From the NCBI GenBank assembly GCA_963772725.1, contig CAVYYI010000005.1, positions 128,001 through 192,000 of the forward strand: DNA of 64,000 nt. The letters run 5' to 3'. The notes below the pieces were generated by a model. The model had not been told where the DNA came from, ran no database searches, and saw nothing but the letters and a program-made list of their open reading frames with translations. A program made the translations under genes and the position numbers. Shown here piece by piece: positions 8,759 to 22,342 of this stretch (its first letter is position 1; each line of letters opens with the position of its first letter). This DNA comes from an uncultured Phycisphaerales bacterium (lineage in GTDB: Bacteria; Planctomycetota; Phycisphaerae; Sedimentisphaerales; Anaerobacaceae).

Positions 8759-10528
8759 ATGGCTAAAAATAAAGATTTACTGGCGGCGGTGAGTGAAACT
8801 TCAACTGAAAGTGAATTCTTTTCGCCGATACCGCAAGGATATAAAAAAGGCAAAACACGTTACGTAATCGTGATGGGAACGGTAATGAGCGGACTGGGTA
8901 AAGGTATCTTTTCCTCATGCCTGGCGAAACTCATACAGGATAAAGGCCTGAAGGTCTCCCCTATCAAACTTGAAGGCTATCTCAATATCGATTCGGGGAC
9001 GCTTAATCCGTTCCGGCACGGCGAGGTGTTCGTCCTCGACGATGGAATGGAATGCGATATGGACCTCGGGACTTATGAAAGAATGCTTGACCAGGATTTA
9101 AGCAAGGCAAACTTCGCTACCAGCGGCCAGATTTTTAACTCCATCCTTTATAAGGAACGCCAGGGCGACTATCTCGGAAGAGACGTCCAGATGATTCCGC
9201 ACGTTACCGGCGAGGTCAAGCTCAAACTTCGCCAGCTCGCAATGGAAGCCGACGCCGATGTTGTATTTGTGGAGATAGGCGGCACGGTAGGCGACCTTGA
9301 AAACGCCTATTACATCGAGGCGATGCGCGAACTGGCCTACGAAGAAGGCCCGAACAGTTGCTGCTTTGTGGCGCTGACCTACATACTCGAACCAAGAATT
9401 CTCGGCGAACAAAAATCAAAGGCAGCCCAGTTAGGCATAAAACAGCTTCTGGAGTGCGGTATTCAGCCTGATATTATCGCCTGCCGGGCAACAAGCGCCG
9501 TTACAGAAAAAGTTCGCCAGAAAATAAGCGTTTACAGCAACGTTCCATTTTCAAGGGTTGTCAGCCTGCCGGATTCAGCCAGCATTTATATGATTCCCGC
9601 GATGCTTCGTGAAGGAGGACTGGATTTTGAAGTCCTGAGGATGCTCAAAATCGAGGACAGAATCAACCTGCGACACGAACGAAAAGCCTGGGAACAATGG
9701 TGCGACTTTACCGACAAAATCGGCGCCGCAAAATATGAAGCGACAATCGGCATCACAGGAAAATATACCTCCGTGCGGGACAGCTACGCCTCGATAATCA
9801 ACGCACTGGAGCACGCCGGCATCGCTTTAAACTGTGATGTCAAAATCAAATGGATTGAGACCACGAACATCACCGATGACAATGTCATTGAACACCTCAG
9901 GGATGTGGATGGAATTATTGTCCCAGGCGGCTTCGGCACAAGAGGCACTGAGGGAAAAATAGCCTGCATAAAATATGCCCGGCAGAATAATCTGCCTTAT
10001 CTGGGATTGTGTTTTGGTTTCCAGATGGCGGTTGTCGAGTTTGCGCGAAATGTCTGCGGCCTAGCCCATGCGAACAGTTCCGAAATTGATTCCGATTGTC
10101 CCGAGGCTGTAATTGACATTTTACCCGAACAGAAAAAAATCGAAGGGCTCGGCGGTAATATGCGTCTCGGCGGCAGAGATATTGAGCTGAAACCACAAAC
10201 CCTCGCCTGGCAACTCTTCGGCAAAACTGATTCTATAAGAATGCGTTTCAGACATCGTTACGAGGTTGACCCGAAATATATCGAACTGCTCGAAAAAAAT
10301 GGCCTGGTATTTTCAGGAAAAGCCCCCAATATGCCGATTATGCAGATTCTCGAAATTCCTCAGCATCCCTTCTTTATGGGTACTCAGGCTCATCCCTGCC
10401 TTACCTCGCGCCCGCTGAAACCTCAGCCTATGTTTGCCGCTCTCGTCGCCGCGGCAATGCAGAAACACTATCCGCAGGAAAAGCTCCCCGATTGTGCAAC
10501 CGCGGTAAGTAAAGTCTGCAAAGGCTGA
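8759..10528 (+). CDS. pyrG: CTP synthase
   Basis: SGLGKG, HGEVFVLDDG, VEIGGTVGD, VPGGFG, GLCFG and RHRYE motifs. Confidence 0.98.
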   Translation: MAKNKDLLAAVSETSTESEFFSPIPQGYKKGKTRYVIVMGTVMSGLGKGIFSSCLAKLIQDKGLKVSPIKLEGYLNIDSGTLNPFRHGEVFVLDDGMECDMDLGTYERMLDQDLSKANFATSGQIFNSILYKERQGDYLGRDVQMIPHVTGEVKLKLRQLAMEADADVVFVEIGGTVGDLENAYYIEAMRELAYEEGPNSCCFVALTYILEPRILGEQKSKAAQLGIKQLLECGIQPDIIACRATSAVTEKVRQKISVYSNVPFSRVVSLPDSASIYMIPAMLREGGLDFEVLRMLKIEDRINLRHERKAWEQWCDFTDKIGAAKYEATIGITGKYTSVRDSYASIINALEHAGIALNCDVKIKWIETTNITDDNVIEHLRDVDGIIVPGGFGTRGTEGKIACIKYARQNNLPYLGLCFGFQMAVVEFARNVCGLAHANSSEIDSDCPEAVIDILPEQKKIEGLGGNMRLGGRDIELKPQTLAWQLFGKTDSIRMRFRHRYEVDPKYIELLEKNGLVFSGKAPNMPIMQILEIPQHPFFMGTQAHPCLTSRPLKPQPMFAALVAAAMQKHYPQEKLPDCATAVSKVCKG

Positions 10529-10602
10529 TACAAACAGCTATCGCTCCATAAGCTTCCCATTTCCAAAGAAACGGTCAGTTTGAGTCATTAAAGAGGCTTG
10601 GA

Positions 10603-10947
10603 TTACAATTTAGCCTTGAGCTTATTGTTTTCCTCAGTAAGTTTCATGTTCTCTTCGGCGAGCTTCTTGTTTTCTTCTATAATAAACTTTGCCAGGCTGT
10701 CAGCATTCTCTTTATTTTTTACCTCTGAAATTTTCTTTTCCTCGAGACATTTCGCGGTGAGCTGTTTTTGTTTTTCAACCTCAGCCCTGCACTGCTCTAA
10801 TTCTTTTTTTAGCTGTTCGTTCTCGGTTGCTATAAGCCTGCTCTTTTTTGTGTCTGTTGAGGCATTATTCTGGCATCCGGCCATTAACATAGCTGCAAGA
10901 ACGAGACTTATTGATAAAACTGATGTTTTGCGGATTAATCTTCCCAT
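10603..10947 (-). CDS. Hypothetical coiled-coil lipoprotein
   Basis: Signal peptide with lipobox MAGC and a heptad-rich body. Confidence 0.75.
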   Translation of the reverse strand: MGRLIRKTSVLSISLVLAAMLMAGCQNNASTDTKKSRLIATENEQLKKELEQCRAEVEKQKQLTAKCLEEKKISEVKNKENADSLAKFIIEENKKLAEENMKLTEENNKLKAKL

Positions 10948-11032
10948 GACTTTGTCCTTTCTGAATTAAACCATTTTTACACGATTTTATTCATAACTAT
11001 ACTGATTAAACGCATGCTGTCAAGATTTAGAA

Positions 11033-11909
11033 TTACTCAAAAAGAATTTTCAGTTTTTCCCTGTCCTTTTTATTTATCCTGTCTTTCGCTGTCCACATTG
11101 CCAGCTCAAGACTCGTGCGACAGTGACAATCGCCACTGCAGACATTTTCTTTGCTGCTTAAAACCGCTTCAATAAGTTTTATCGTGTTGTCCGTGGCTTC
11201 TTTGAGGTTGCCTATTATTTCCCGCAGAAGCGTCTGTTTATCCTTCTCCGCCTCGTGTGGTTTCCAGCAGTCGTAATCGCTCACCAGCGCAATCATCGAG
11301 TAGCACATCTGCGCTTCCCTGGCCAACTTCGCCTCCGGCATTGCCGTCATCCCGATTAGGTCACCACCCCAGAGGCGGTGCATCAGCGATTCAGCCCTGC
11401 TCGAAAATTGCGGCCCTTCCATACAGACATAAGTGCCTTTTTGATGGGTTCGCACGTTGATATTTCCAGCCGCCTGAAATATCATCTTCCTGAGCCTGCC
11501 TGCACGTTGGCTGCGCCATCTCGCAGTGAACCGCCGCCACCCCCGAAAAGAAACTGCTCTGCCGCCTGAAAGTTTTGTCGATAAACTGGTCAACAATTAC
11601 AAGCTCTTTGGGATGTATATCCTCGCGCAGCGAACCGACCGCACCGCTTGCTATTATCGTACGAACGCCCAGCTTTTTCAACGCGAATATATTCGCCGCA
11701 TAAGGTACATCGCTCGGCGAAATTTTATGTCCTCGCCCGTGCCGGTTAATAAACGCGACTCCTTTATTCCCTACCCTGCCCAGCATAATCGCGTCGCTGC
11801 ACTTGCCAAAAGGCGTACTGATATTGCGGCTTTTTGTATCCGCTAATCGCTCCGCCAAAGCATCCCCAAGTCCCGAGCCTCCGATTATACCGATTAACTC
11901 TTCTTTCAT
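11033..11909 (-). CDS. mtnP: S-methyl-5'-thioadenosine phosphorylase (frameshift ~11500)
   Basis: IGIIGGSG, RHGRGH, EGPQFSSRAES, GMTAMPEAKLARE and DYDCW motifs, split over two frames. Confidence 0.92.
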
Positions 11910-12192
11910 ATTAAAATCTTTCAGGTTATATCTCAAAATTCTTACATTTTCACCATAGCCATCGACCAGTTTAAGTTAATATCGTAATGAGTTTGATGAA
12001 AATTTACAATTATTTTGTTCTCATTTTCTCAGCCTAACCAGGAGGCGAAGCAAAGGTTTTCATGGTAGAGTTTAAGGTCATTGATTACTAATCTTGCGGA
12101 AATGCTGTTAAAATAGAACCGTTTTTTATTATAGGTTTTTGAGCCGGTTTTTTGCCAGGCGCATGTATTTTAGCCTGCGGGGTACTGCGATG

Positions 12193-12220
12193 TTGACAAA
12201 GGCATGAAATTATTGATAAT
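12193..12220 (+). promoter_or_regulatory. Sigma70-like promoter of recA
   Basis: TTGACA-N16-GATAAT. Confidence 0.5.
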
Positions 12221-12330
12221 CAGCCCAATAAATATTCGCGCTGCTGGAGTGGGCAGAGTTCCTGTGGGGCGAGCATTTGTGCGGTGATTCGGGTTAAAAT
12301 TAAGCATAAGAAATAAATGGAGTCAAAAAA

Positions 12331-13362
12331 ATGGTAAAAACAAAACCTACAAAAGTGGAAGAGAAAACAAGCGGCAAGGAAACCGCACTTCAGCGGGTCA
12401 TTGCGCAGATTGAAAAGCAGTACGGCCAAGGCGCCATAATGCAGATGGACGAGCATAGTTACGCCAAAATTGAAGGCGTTCCGACCGGGGCGCTGTCGCT
12501 GGATATCGCGCTGGGCGGGGTGGGAGTGCCTTTGGGCAGGATAACCGAGCTTTATGGCCCGGAATCTTCGGGAAAGACTACGCTGGCACTTCATATAATA
12601 GCGAACTGTCAGCGAAATGGCGGTGTGGCGGCGTTTATAGACGCTGAACACGCGCTGGATACGACCTGGGCGAAAAAGCTCGGCGTCGATGTGAGTAGTC
12701 TCCTGGTGAGTCAGCCTGATTCGGGCGAACAGGCGCTGGAGATAGCCGAGATGCTGGTGCGGTCGAACTCGGTTGGCGTCATAGTGGTTGATTCGGTCGC
12801 GGCATTGACGCCAAAGGCGGAACTCGAAGGCGAAATGGGCGACAGCCACATGGGGCTTCAGGCGAGGCTTATGAGCCAGGCGATGAGAAAGCTCACCGCC
12901 GTGGTATGCAAAAGCAAGACGGCACTAATTTTTATAAATCAGATTAGAATGAAAATCGGCGTTATGTTCGGCAACCCGGAAACAACAACCGGTGGAAAGG
13001 CGCTGAAGTTTTACAGTTCGATACGACTTGATATAAGAAAGCTGGCGACAATAAAAGACGGCGACCAGGCCACCGGAAACAGGGTCAAGGCGAAAGTTGT
13101 GAAGAATAAAATTGCGCCGCCATTCCGGGAGTCGGAATTCGATATTATGTTCGACAGCGGAATCAGCTACGAGGGCGATATAATCGACCTCGGTATCGGT
13201 TGCGGTGTGGTACAACAGAGCGGCGCGTGGATAAATTACGGCAGCGTTAAACTCGGCCAGGGTAGAGAAAAAGTGAAACAGTATCTCGCAGAGAACAAGG
13301 ATTTGTGCGAGGAAATAAAAAATAAAATTCTCGTCGCAAAAGGTTTAAAGCAGGAAATTTAA
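12331..13362 (+). CDS. recA: Recombinase A
   Basis: [16 protein letters not shown] and [12 protein letters not shown] motifs. Confidence 0.99.
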   Translation: MVKTKPTKVEEKTSGKETALQRVIAQIEKQYGQGAIMQMDEHSYAKIEGVPTGALSLDIALGGVGVPLGRITELYGPESSGKTTLALHIIANCQRNGGVAAFIDAEHALDTTWAKKLGVDVSSLLVSQPDSGEQALEIAEMLVRSNSVGVIVVDSVAALTPKAELEGEMGDSHMGLQARLMSQAMRKLTAVVCKSKTALIFINQIRMKIGVMFGNPETTTGGKALKFYSSIRLDIRKLATIKDGDQATGNRVKAKVVKNKIAPPFRESEFDIMFDSGISYEGDIIDLGIGCGVVQQSGAWINYGSVKLGQGREKVKQYLAENKDLCEEIKNKILVAKGLKQEI

Positions 13363-13395
13363 TCACTGATTACGCGGATGACACAGATATTTTTC
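13358..13395 (+). repeat. 9-mer tandem repeat arm upstream of GxxExxY gene
   Basis: TTAAT-CACTGATTA-CGCGGATGA-CACAGATAT, overlapping the recA stop codon. Confidence 0.75.
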
Positions 13396-13408
13396 AGGAA
13401 ATATAATA

Positions 13409-13794
13409 ATGACAGCAGCGAACGATAGTTTGATTCACAGCAGAATAACAGGTGATATTATCGGCGCAGCTATGGAAGTGCACGGCGTTCTCGGCGCAGG
13501 TTTTCTTGAAAGCGTTTATGAAGAAGCCCTTTGTTATGAGTTTAATCTCCGTGAAATCCAGCACGAAAGACAAAAGACCATCAATGTGGTTTATAAGGAT
13601 AAAGTTTTAAAGCAGTTTGTATGTGATTTTCTTGTCGATGGTAAAATAATAGTTGAGTTAAAAGCGATAAAAGAACTCAGCGAAATAGAAAAAATTCAGG
13701 TGATAAATTATCTCAAGGCAAGCGGATACCAGGTAGGTTTACTTTTTAATTTCGGCGTAAGTCCCTCGAATATAAAAGGCTGATAAATACATAA
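13409..13794 (+). CDS. GxxExxY protein (PD-(D/E)XK nuclease-like); frameshift ~13760
   Basis: LGAGFLESVYEEAL, DFLVDGKIIVELKA, QVINYLKA and GLLFNFG motifs. The tail KSLEYKR is in a shifted frame. Confidence 0.93.
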
Positions 13795-13817
13795 CTGACC
13801 TGTATCGAAAAATTAAA

Positions 13818-16600
<2,783 letters not shown>

Positions 16601-16681
16601 CCTGAATATTTCACCACAGAGGGCGCAGAGGAATAAAAATTAATAAAATTAATTTGGATGCGGCGAAGAGGGAGCGGTTTC

Positions 16682-17671
16682 GTGATTACATTTTGCTGCA
16701 AATATTGTGGGCAGAAAATCAGCGTGGCGGATATTCACGCGGGAAAAAAAGGACAATGTTCGAAGTGTAAGAATCTTCTCGAAGTTCCAGCGGTTCAAGA
16801 GACAGTTCAACCTGCCGCTGCGGAAAAGGTTAACGCTACCGGTTACAGCAAGCCTGAATTTTCTTTTCAGGATGGGCCGGACAAAAACAAAGAAAATCAG
16901 GATGCGGGCAGCAGTCCGCCGACTGATTATTATCAAACCAAAATTGTTGCCGAAGAACCGCCGCCCAAAAGAAAATTCCCGTGGCTGATTGATATATTTT
17001 TCTACCCGCTGAGCATTCCCGGAATAATAACTCTGGCCATAATTATTCTTGTACCATTTATAATTAACATCGTCGTTGGGATGCTCGGGCCGTTCGGGTT
17101 TTTTGTGGGCTTTGCCGGAGCAGTCGTTAGAATCATTTTGTGGTTTTACTTCTACTGGTATTTCTGCCAGTGCGTCCGCGACAGCGCCTCCGGCGGCATC
17201 AGGGCGCCGGAAGTACTTGACGCAGCGCCGGATATTGGAGAAATATTTTTCCAGTTTCTTAAAATTCTCGTCTGTATAATCTTTTTCGCTGCCCCGATGC
17301 TTATTTACCTGATACATACGAAAAGAACAGATATATATTTCTGGGCACTGCTGGGCTACGCGGTCTTATTTTTTCCAATGGGATTACTGGCTGTTATTAT
17401 GTTCGATTCTTTAACCGGGCTGAATCCTCTTCTCGTTATCGGTTCAATATTCAGCACCTTTTTGCCGTATTTCGGACTTGTCCTGTTTTATTATATTCTT
17501 GCCGCTTCGGATGTCTTTACCACAATAATGTTTTTCAAAGGAATTCTGCCCTGGTCATATTTACTTATATTTTTGCTCGGTTCTGTCAATACGTATCTTT
17601 TCATCATCAGCGGACACCTGTTAGGGCGGTTCTTCTGGCGGTACCGGGAGAGGCTTAATTGGGACGTTTAG
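16682..17671 (+). CDS. Zinc-ribbon plus multi-TM membrane protein
   Basis: CKYC...CSKC at the N-terminus and about 7 hydrophobic helices. Confidence 0.75.
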   Translation: MITFCCKYCGQKISVADIHAGKKGQCSKCKNLLEVPAVQETVQPAAAEKVNATGYSKPEFSFQDGPDKNKENQDAGSSPPTDYYQTKIVAEEPPPKRKFPWLIDIFFYPLSIPGIITLAIIILVPFIINIVVGMLGPFGFFVGFAGAVVRIILWFYFYWYFCQCVRDSASGGIRAPEVLDAAPDIGEIFFQFLKILVCIIFFAAPMLIYLIHTKRTDIYFWALLGYAVLFFPMGLLAVIMFDSLTGLNPLLVIGSIFSTFLPYFGLVLFYYILAASDVFTTIMFFKGILPWSYLLIFLLGSVNTYLFIISGHLLGRFFWRYRERLNWDV

Positions 17672-17815
17672 GTAGGAATTTTATATTTGGTGGTGTTTTA
17701 GAAAAAAATCTGATATTATTTCAGGCTGGGAAGGCTTGGCTGCGTAGCCGACTCTTTAATGTGGGAAATCCTATGAACCATTGCCAACCAACTAACTTTT
17801 GAAAGGAGTTATGCC

Positions 17816-19039
17816 ATGACAAATACAAAACAGATATTCACGTTCACAGTTTTTTTGATTACTTTTACATCTATCGCATTTTCTGAGCCAGGTATTTCTA
17901 TTCTATGGGAAAAGGAGATTGGGCAGGCTGATCGTACGAACAAACCATATGCCATAAAAGTTGCCGAGGATGGAAATGTTGTCCGCATTGTAGGAGTTTC
18001 GTACACACCTCGAACCAAGGGATCTTCAGAAGCAAGAGTCACGGAACTTTTTGAATATCGCGTTAATCTAAAAGATGAAAAGTCCGAGTTGAAAACCATT
18101 ATGTCTATGGGTGAGGGAGATATTACTGTTAGAAACCCGCTAATTGGGATAAAAGACTCACAATTGATTGGCAATGATATTGTAATTATTCGAGACCAAT
18201 ACAAATCATGTAATCTTCAGGAACTGATTGTTGGTAACAACCGGCAAGTTAAAACCAGAGAAATCCCCGGCCTGACCAGAGGCGATGTTTCAACGCATGG
18301 AGCGTGTGTAAATAAAAATGGCGATGTCTTCCTTTGCGGCAATAGCGGCTATATAAGAAAGGTAAAAAATGACGGAAGTGTGGCTTGGGATACAAATTAC
18401 AAATCTGATAAAAAAGAAGATGGCACGTTCAGCGTAGCCTTTTCAGAATCAGACAAACTGCTTGTAGCATTTGGTTTTTCTTTTACACCTGATACTAAAT
18501 TTACAACAAAGGATTCGAGCCTTTGGCTGGCAAACCTCGATTCGGATGGAAACTTCAAAGCTAAGATTGGATTCGAAGGTATCGCTAATTTCGGCAAATT
18601 CTTTGCATTTTGTCTGAGCAAATCAGGCGTTCCGACTGTTATCTATGACACCAATCCAGAGATAAGGAACTGCAAGATATGTGTATCTAAATTTTCCAAA
18701 GACCTAAGTGCAAAAAACTGGACAACACCTATCTTCGATGGAACAGAGATGATGTTATCGCAATTGTCTTTAACACCTTTCGGAGATGATTACACACTGG
18801 CTGCATTTCATAGCGGCAGTTTGGTAAACAATAGCAATAATTTGCATTTCTATGTGCTGGACAAAAATGGCAACATTGTTAATCAGGCCATTTTTAAAGA
18901 TATAAAGAGTGTCGGTTATTTAGTTACAGTTTTCAAAGATAGAATCTTTCTCGTGACCAATGAATTCAGAACAGAAAAGGATAAAGCTAAAGAATTCTCC
19001 AGATTAATCTGTTTCAAAATAAAGAACGGCCAGCTTTAA
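17816..19039 (+). CDS. Hypothetical secreted protein, possibly beta-propeller
   Basis: Signal peptide, AAGGAG RBS, repeated D/N-x-N/D-G-x-x-x-W turns. Confidence 0.7.
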   Translation: MTNTKQIFTFTVFLITFTSIAFSEPGISILWEKEIGQADRTNKPYAIKVAEDGNVVRIVGVSYTPRTKGSSEARVTELFEYRVNLKDEKSELKTIMSMGEGDITVRNPLIGIKDSQLIGNDIVIIRDQYKSCNLQELIVGNNRQVKTREIPGLTRGDVSTHGACVNKNGDVFLCGNSGYIRKVKNDGSVAWDTNYKSDKKEDGTFSVAFSESDKLLVAFGFSFTPDTKFTTKDSSLWLANLDSDGNFKAKIGFEGIANFGKFFAFCLSKSGVPTVIYDTNPEIRNCKICVSKFSKDLSAKNWTTPIFDGTEMMLSQLSLTPFGDDYTLAAFHSGSLVNNSNNLHFYVLDKNGNIVNQAIFKDIKSVGYLVTVFKDRIFLVTNEFRTEKDKAKEFSRLICFKIKNGQL

Positions 19040-20373
19040 CTGAGTTGTTTAGGCAGAAATTTTGTTTCTGGGAGTTTGCAGCGGATTTGGACGCTTTTGG
19101 CGTGGGCGTCCAGGCCTTCGGTCTGGGCGAGGCGGATAATATTGTCGGCGTCTTTTTCGAGCATTTCCTTTGTGTATTCGATAATACTGGTTGACTTGAT
19201 AAAATCATTGCTGCTCAGCGCGCTGAAGAATTTTGCGCTCATGCCGGTCGGGAGTGTGTGGCTGGGGCCTGCCCAGTAGTCGCCGACAGCGACAGGGGAA
19301 TAATCGCCGATAAATATCGCGCCGGCGTTTTTAATCTGGTCGGCGACAGCTCTGCTTTGCGGGCCGCACTGAATCTGGAGGTGCTCAGCGGCGAAGAGGT
19401 TGGCCCATTCGGTTACTTTTGTCATATCGTTGAATACTACTATGCCGCCGAATTGGGCGAGGCATTTTTTTGTTTCTTCGGTTCTGGAAAGCCGCTCCAC
19501 CTGCTGTTTGAGTTCTGCAAGGAGTTTTTCAGCGAACGGCTGAGAGTCGGTGAAAACAACGGCGCTTCCGGGGGCGTGTTCCGCCTGGCTGAGCATATCG
19601 GCGGCGACCCAGGCAGGATTTGCTGAATCATTCGCGACAATAAGCACCTCGCTTGGTCCGGCGATGGAATCGATATCGACAAGGCCGAAAACTTCCTTTT
19701 TCGCCATCTGCACCCACTGATTTCCGGGGCCTACGATTTTGTCAACTTTTTTGATTGTATCTGTTCCTCCCGCCAGCGCGGCAACCGCATGTGCTCCGCC
19801 TATGCGATAGACTTCTGTTACTCCCAATTCGAAGCAGACCGCGAGAATAACGGGATGAATACTGCCGTTGTATCGAGGTGGGGAGACGACCGCTATTTCT
19901 TTTACGCCTGCGACCTGGGCGGGGACAACCGTCATTATCACCGTCGAGGGCAGAGGTGCGGAGGCACCCGGCACGCATACGCCGACTCTTTGAAGCGGGG
20001 TATATCTTATTCCGGGATGAGTCCTGCTGCCGATAAAAATTTCGGTCTGGTATTTTCTGACGTTAGCAATCGACAGGCTAATCGATTCGAGCAGCTTGGG
20101 GTCGATTTCATCGTGGGCTTTTTTCAGGTCTTTGTCGGCGATGCGAAAATGCCGCGGGGATATTTTGACGCCGTCGAATTTTTCCGTGAATTGCGCAACG
20201 GCCTTGTCGCCTTTTTCCCCAACGGCTGCGATAATAGTTCTTAGCTGGTCGATTCTTTCGTCGTTATTTTCAAAATATGTGGATTTCAGAGTGGAGTAGC
20301 GGATTTGGGCAAACCGTTCTTCGAACTCCGGCTGATTGTACGAAATTAAAATTTTATCAAGCTCATTTACCAT
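19036..20373 (-). CDS. hisD: Histidinol dehydrogenase
   Basis: KIVGPGN, IDSIAGPSE, LSQAEH, GDYWAGPSHTLPT and EGLDAH motifs. Confidence 0.97.
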   Translation of the reverse strand: MVNELDKILISYNQPEFEERFAQIRYSTLKSTYFENNDERIDQLRTIIAAVGEKGDKAVAQFTEKFDGVKISPRHFRIADKDLKKAHDEIDPKLLESISLSIANVRKYQTEIFIGSRTHPGIRYTPLQRVGVCVPGASAPLPSTVIMTVVPAQVAGVKEIAVVSPPRYNGSIHPVILAVCFELGVTEVYRIGGAHAVAALAGGTDTIKKVDKIVGPGNQWVQMAKKEVFGLVDIDSIAGPSEVLIVANDSANPAWVAADMLSQAEHAPGSAVVFTDSQPFAEKLLAELKQQVERLSRTEETKKCLAQFGGIVVFNDMTKVTEWANLFAAEHLQIQCGPQSRAVADQIKNAGAIFIGDYSPVAVGDYWAGPSHTLPTGMSAKFFSALSSNDFIKSTSIIEYTKEMLEKDADNIIRLAQTEGLDAHAKSVQIRCKLPETKFLPKQLS

Positions 20374-20637
20374 TTTTAATTTTTAAACTTTCAAACCGAC
20401 CCTCGGTCAGTTCAAGATGTTAAGTATATCCCCCAATATCGCTGTTGTCCAGCAGCTAATTTCAGCAAATAGGCTTGCCGCTTTTCAAGGCATCAGGTTT
20501 TTTCGCCCCTAAAAAATCAAAAAAAAACTATAATTTTTAGTTTGCTTTTTATTCGCCGCGGGTTACCATATATCGGTAAGTTAAAATTTGGTTTAGGATC
20601 TTTATTTAAACAACAACGTTTTTTAAGGGGGTTTACA

Positions 20638-20790
20638 ATGTGCCAGTCATGTGGATGTACGCCATGCAGCAAATGCGGAAAACCGATTGAAAACAAAGTC
20701 TGTTCAGGCTGCAAAAAGCCGTCAAGCAAATGCACCTGTAAAGAGGTCTGTTCCGGTTGTGGCGAACCGATGGACGAATGCGTCTGTTAG
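20638..20790 (+). CDS. Small Cys-rich, metallothionein-like peptide (50 aa, 13 Cys)
   Basis: AAGGGGG RBS before ATG. CxC and CxxC motifs and a duplicated VCSGCxxP...CxC unit. Confidence 0.75.
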   Translation: MCQSCGCTPCSKCGKPIENKVCSGCKKPSSKCTCKEVCSGCGEPMDECVC

Positions 20791-20832
20791 CCAATCCGCC
20801 GCAGACAGACCGGCTTTATGCCGGCGGCTTAT

Positions 20833-21114
20833 CTAAAATATTTCGCGCTCGACAGGCCCGAGATAAAAACGCCCGTCGCCTCGCATAAAGTCCAGGATTT
20901 TGTCGAACTGCTGATTTATAAAAATGCTCTCGTTGGAAACCACCGCGATAGAAACAACCGCCATAACCTTGCTGTCCTGATGGTCGGTCTCCGAGATAGA
21001 GATATTAAATCTGCTTTTGAGTCTGCCGATGACGCTTTTGACGATGCTTCTCTTGTCTTTAAGAGAACTAATCGCCGCCAAATTCATCTGAACTGTCATT
21101 ACCCCAATAAGCAT
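20833..21114 (-). CDS. DUF503 (YlxP-like) protein
   Basis: SLKDKRSIVKS...RFNISISE.DHQD pattern. Confidence 0.9.
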   Translation of the reverse strand: MLIGVMTVQMNLAAISSLKDKRSIVKSVIGRLKSRFNISISETDHQDSKVMAVVSIAVVSNESIFINQQFDKILDFMRGDGRFYLGPVEREIF

Positions 21115-21184
21115 ATAAATTATATCCCGACAAAGGAGGGATTCCGCAATTTTACATTTTAATTTTTAATTTTTGATTTTGAAA

Positions 21185-22342
21185 TCAATATGCTTCAGCG
21201 AGGTATTTCATGTTATCGATGATTTTCAGCTTTTGTGAACATTTCTGTTCACATTGGCCGCACTGTACACATTTTGACGGCGCTTTGGAGCCTTCACAAT
21301 TATCAGGGTTCATCTGCCAGTTATATGCTTCCATCGCCTTTTTCGGCACGTGAAGCATTTTATCAAGATAAAAGACGTTCATCATTTCAGGTATCTTTAT
21401 TCCCGCCGGGCAGGGCATACAATAACCGCAGCCCGTGCAGAAATTCATCCCCGTCTTCGATATTATCACAAGTGCCTTTTCCAGCGCCAGCCTCTGTTCC
21501 ACGCTCAATGACCCCTTGCAATAATTTTCTATCGTCGAAACTATATCTGAAGGCTTGGATATCCCGCAAAGAATAGTATCGACGTTCTCATCACCCGCCA
21601 GATACCGATGCGCCGCTTCAACCGTATCGTCCATATCAAGCGTATTTTTCACCGCCTCATTCAGCATCGGCGAACCTTCATTGAGCATCCCGCCACCGAT
21701 GGGATTCATCACGATTGTCGCGATGCCCTTTTCGTGCGCCTTGGCAATGACATCCTTATAAGTCCGGTCGAGCATATTATACGTGAACAGAATCGCCTCA
21801 CACCAGTCCGCCTCGTCGATATATCTGCTGACATTCTCCGGGCTGTCGTGCGTTGTAAAACCCGCATGCCTGACCAGCCCCTTATTCATCGCGTGAAATA
21901 TGCCGTCAAGCATCCCGCCTGTTCTCGTCGCTTCCTTATAATGATGGGGATTATTGATACTCCAAATCTGGTAAAAATCGAGGTAATCTACGTCCAGCCG
22001 TTCCATCGACTCAATAATCCGCCTGTATGTCCGCTCCGCCGATGAATCGTTAGGCGGGTCCGTCTTCTTGTTCCACGGCGAGGATTTTGTTGAGAGGATT
22101 ACTCTTTGCCGGTACCCCCCCTTGAGACTTTTGCCGACCTTTATCTCGCTGTCGCCGTATCCCAGGCTTGTATCGATATAAATCATCCCCGCATCTATCG
22201 CCTGACGCATTAGCGCAACTGCTTGTTCATCATCGCTCGGCAGACGCATCGCCCCGATACTGACAGGATAAACCTTTAGCCTGCTCCGCCTCCCGAAATC
22301 AACCATTTTCGTCTGTTTTATTGCCGTCGAATACATTTTCAC
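21185..22342 (-). CDS. Aldo/keto reductase with C-terminal 4Fe-4S domain
   Basis: GAMRLP, IDTSLGYG.SE, LSTK, CTGCGYCMPCP and CVQCGQCEQKC motifs. Confidence 0.92.
   Translation of the reverse strand: MKMYSTAIKQTKMVDFGRRSRLKVYPVSIGAMRLPSDDEQAVALMRQAIDAGMIYIDTSLGYGDSEIKVGKSLKGGYRQRVILSTKSSPWNKKTDPPNDSSAERTYRRIIESMERLDVDYLDFYQIWSINNPHHYKEATRTGGMLDGIFHAMNKGLVRHAGFTTHDSPENVSRYIDEADWCEAILFTYNMLDRTYKDVIAKAHEKGIATIVMNPIGGGMLNEGSPMLNEAVKNTLDMDDTVEAAHRYLAGDENVDTILCGISKPSDIVSTIENYCKGSLSVEQRLALEKALVIISKTGMNFCTGCGYCMPCPAGIKIPEMMNVFYLDKMLHVPKKAMEAYNWQMNPDNCEGSKAPSKCVQCGQCEQKCSQKLKIIDNMKYLAEAY

Noticed and set aside
12220..12849. Long antisense ORFs opposite recA and other genes (e.g. 16649-17317, 50802-51497, 55615-56352)
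   Set aside because: Shadow ORFs of well-supported genes, with no recognisable motifs.
17700..17810. Possible riboswitch upstream of the secreted protein
   Set aside because: Only short hairpins; no aptamer consensus I can recognise.
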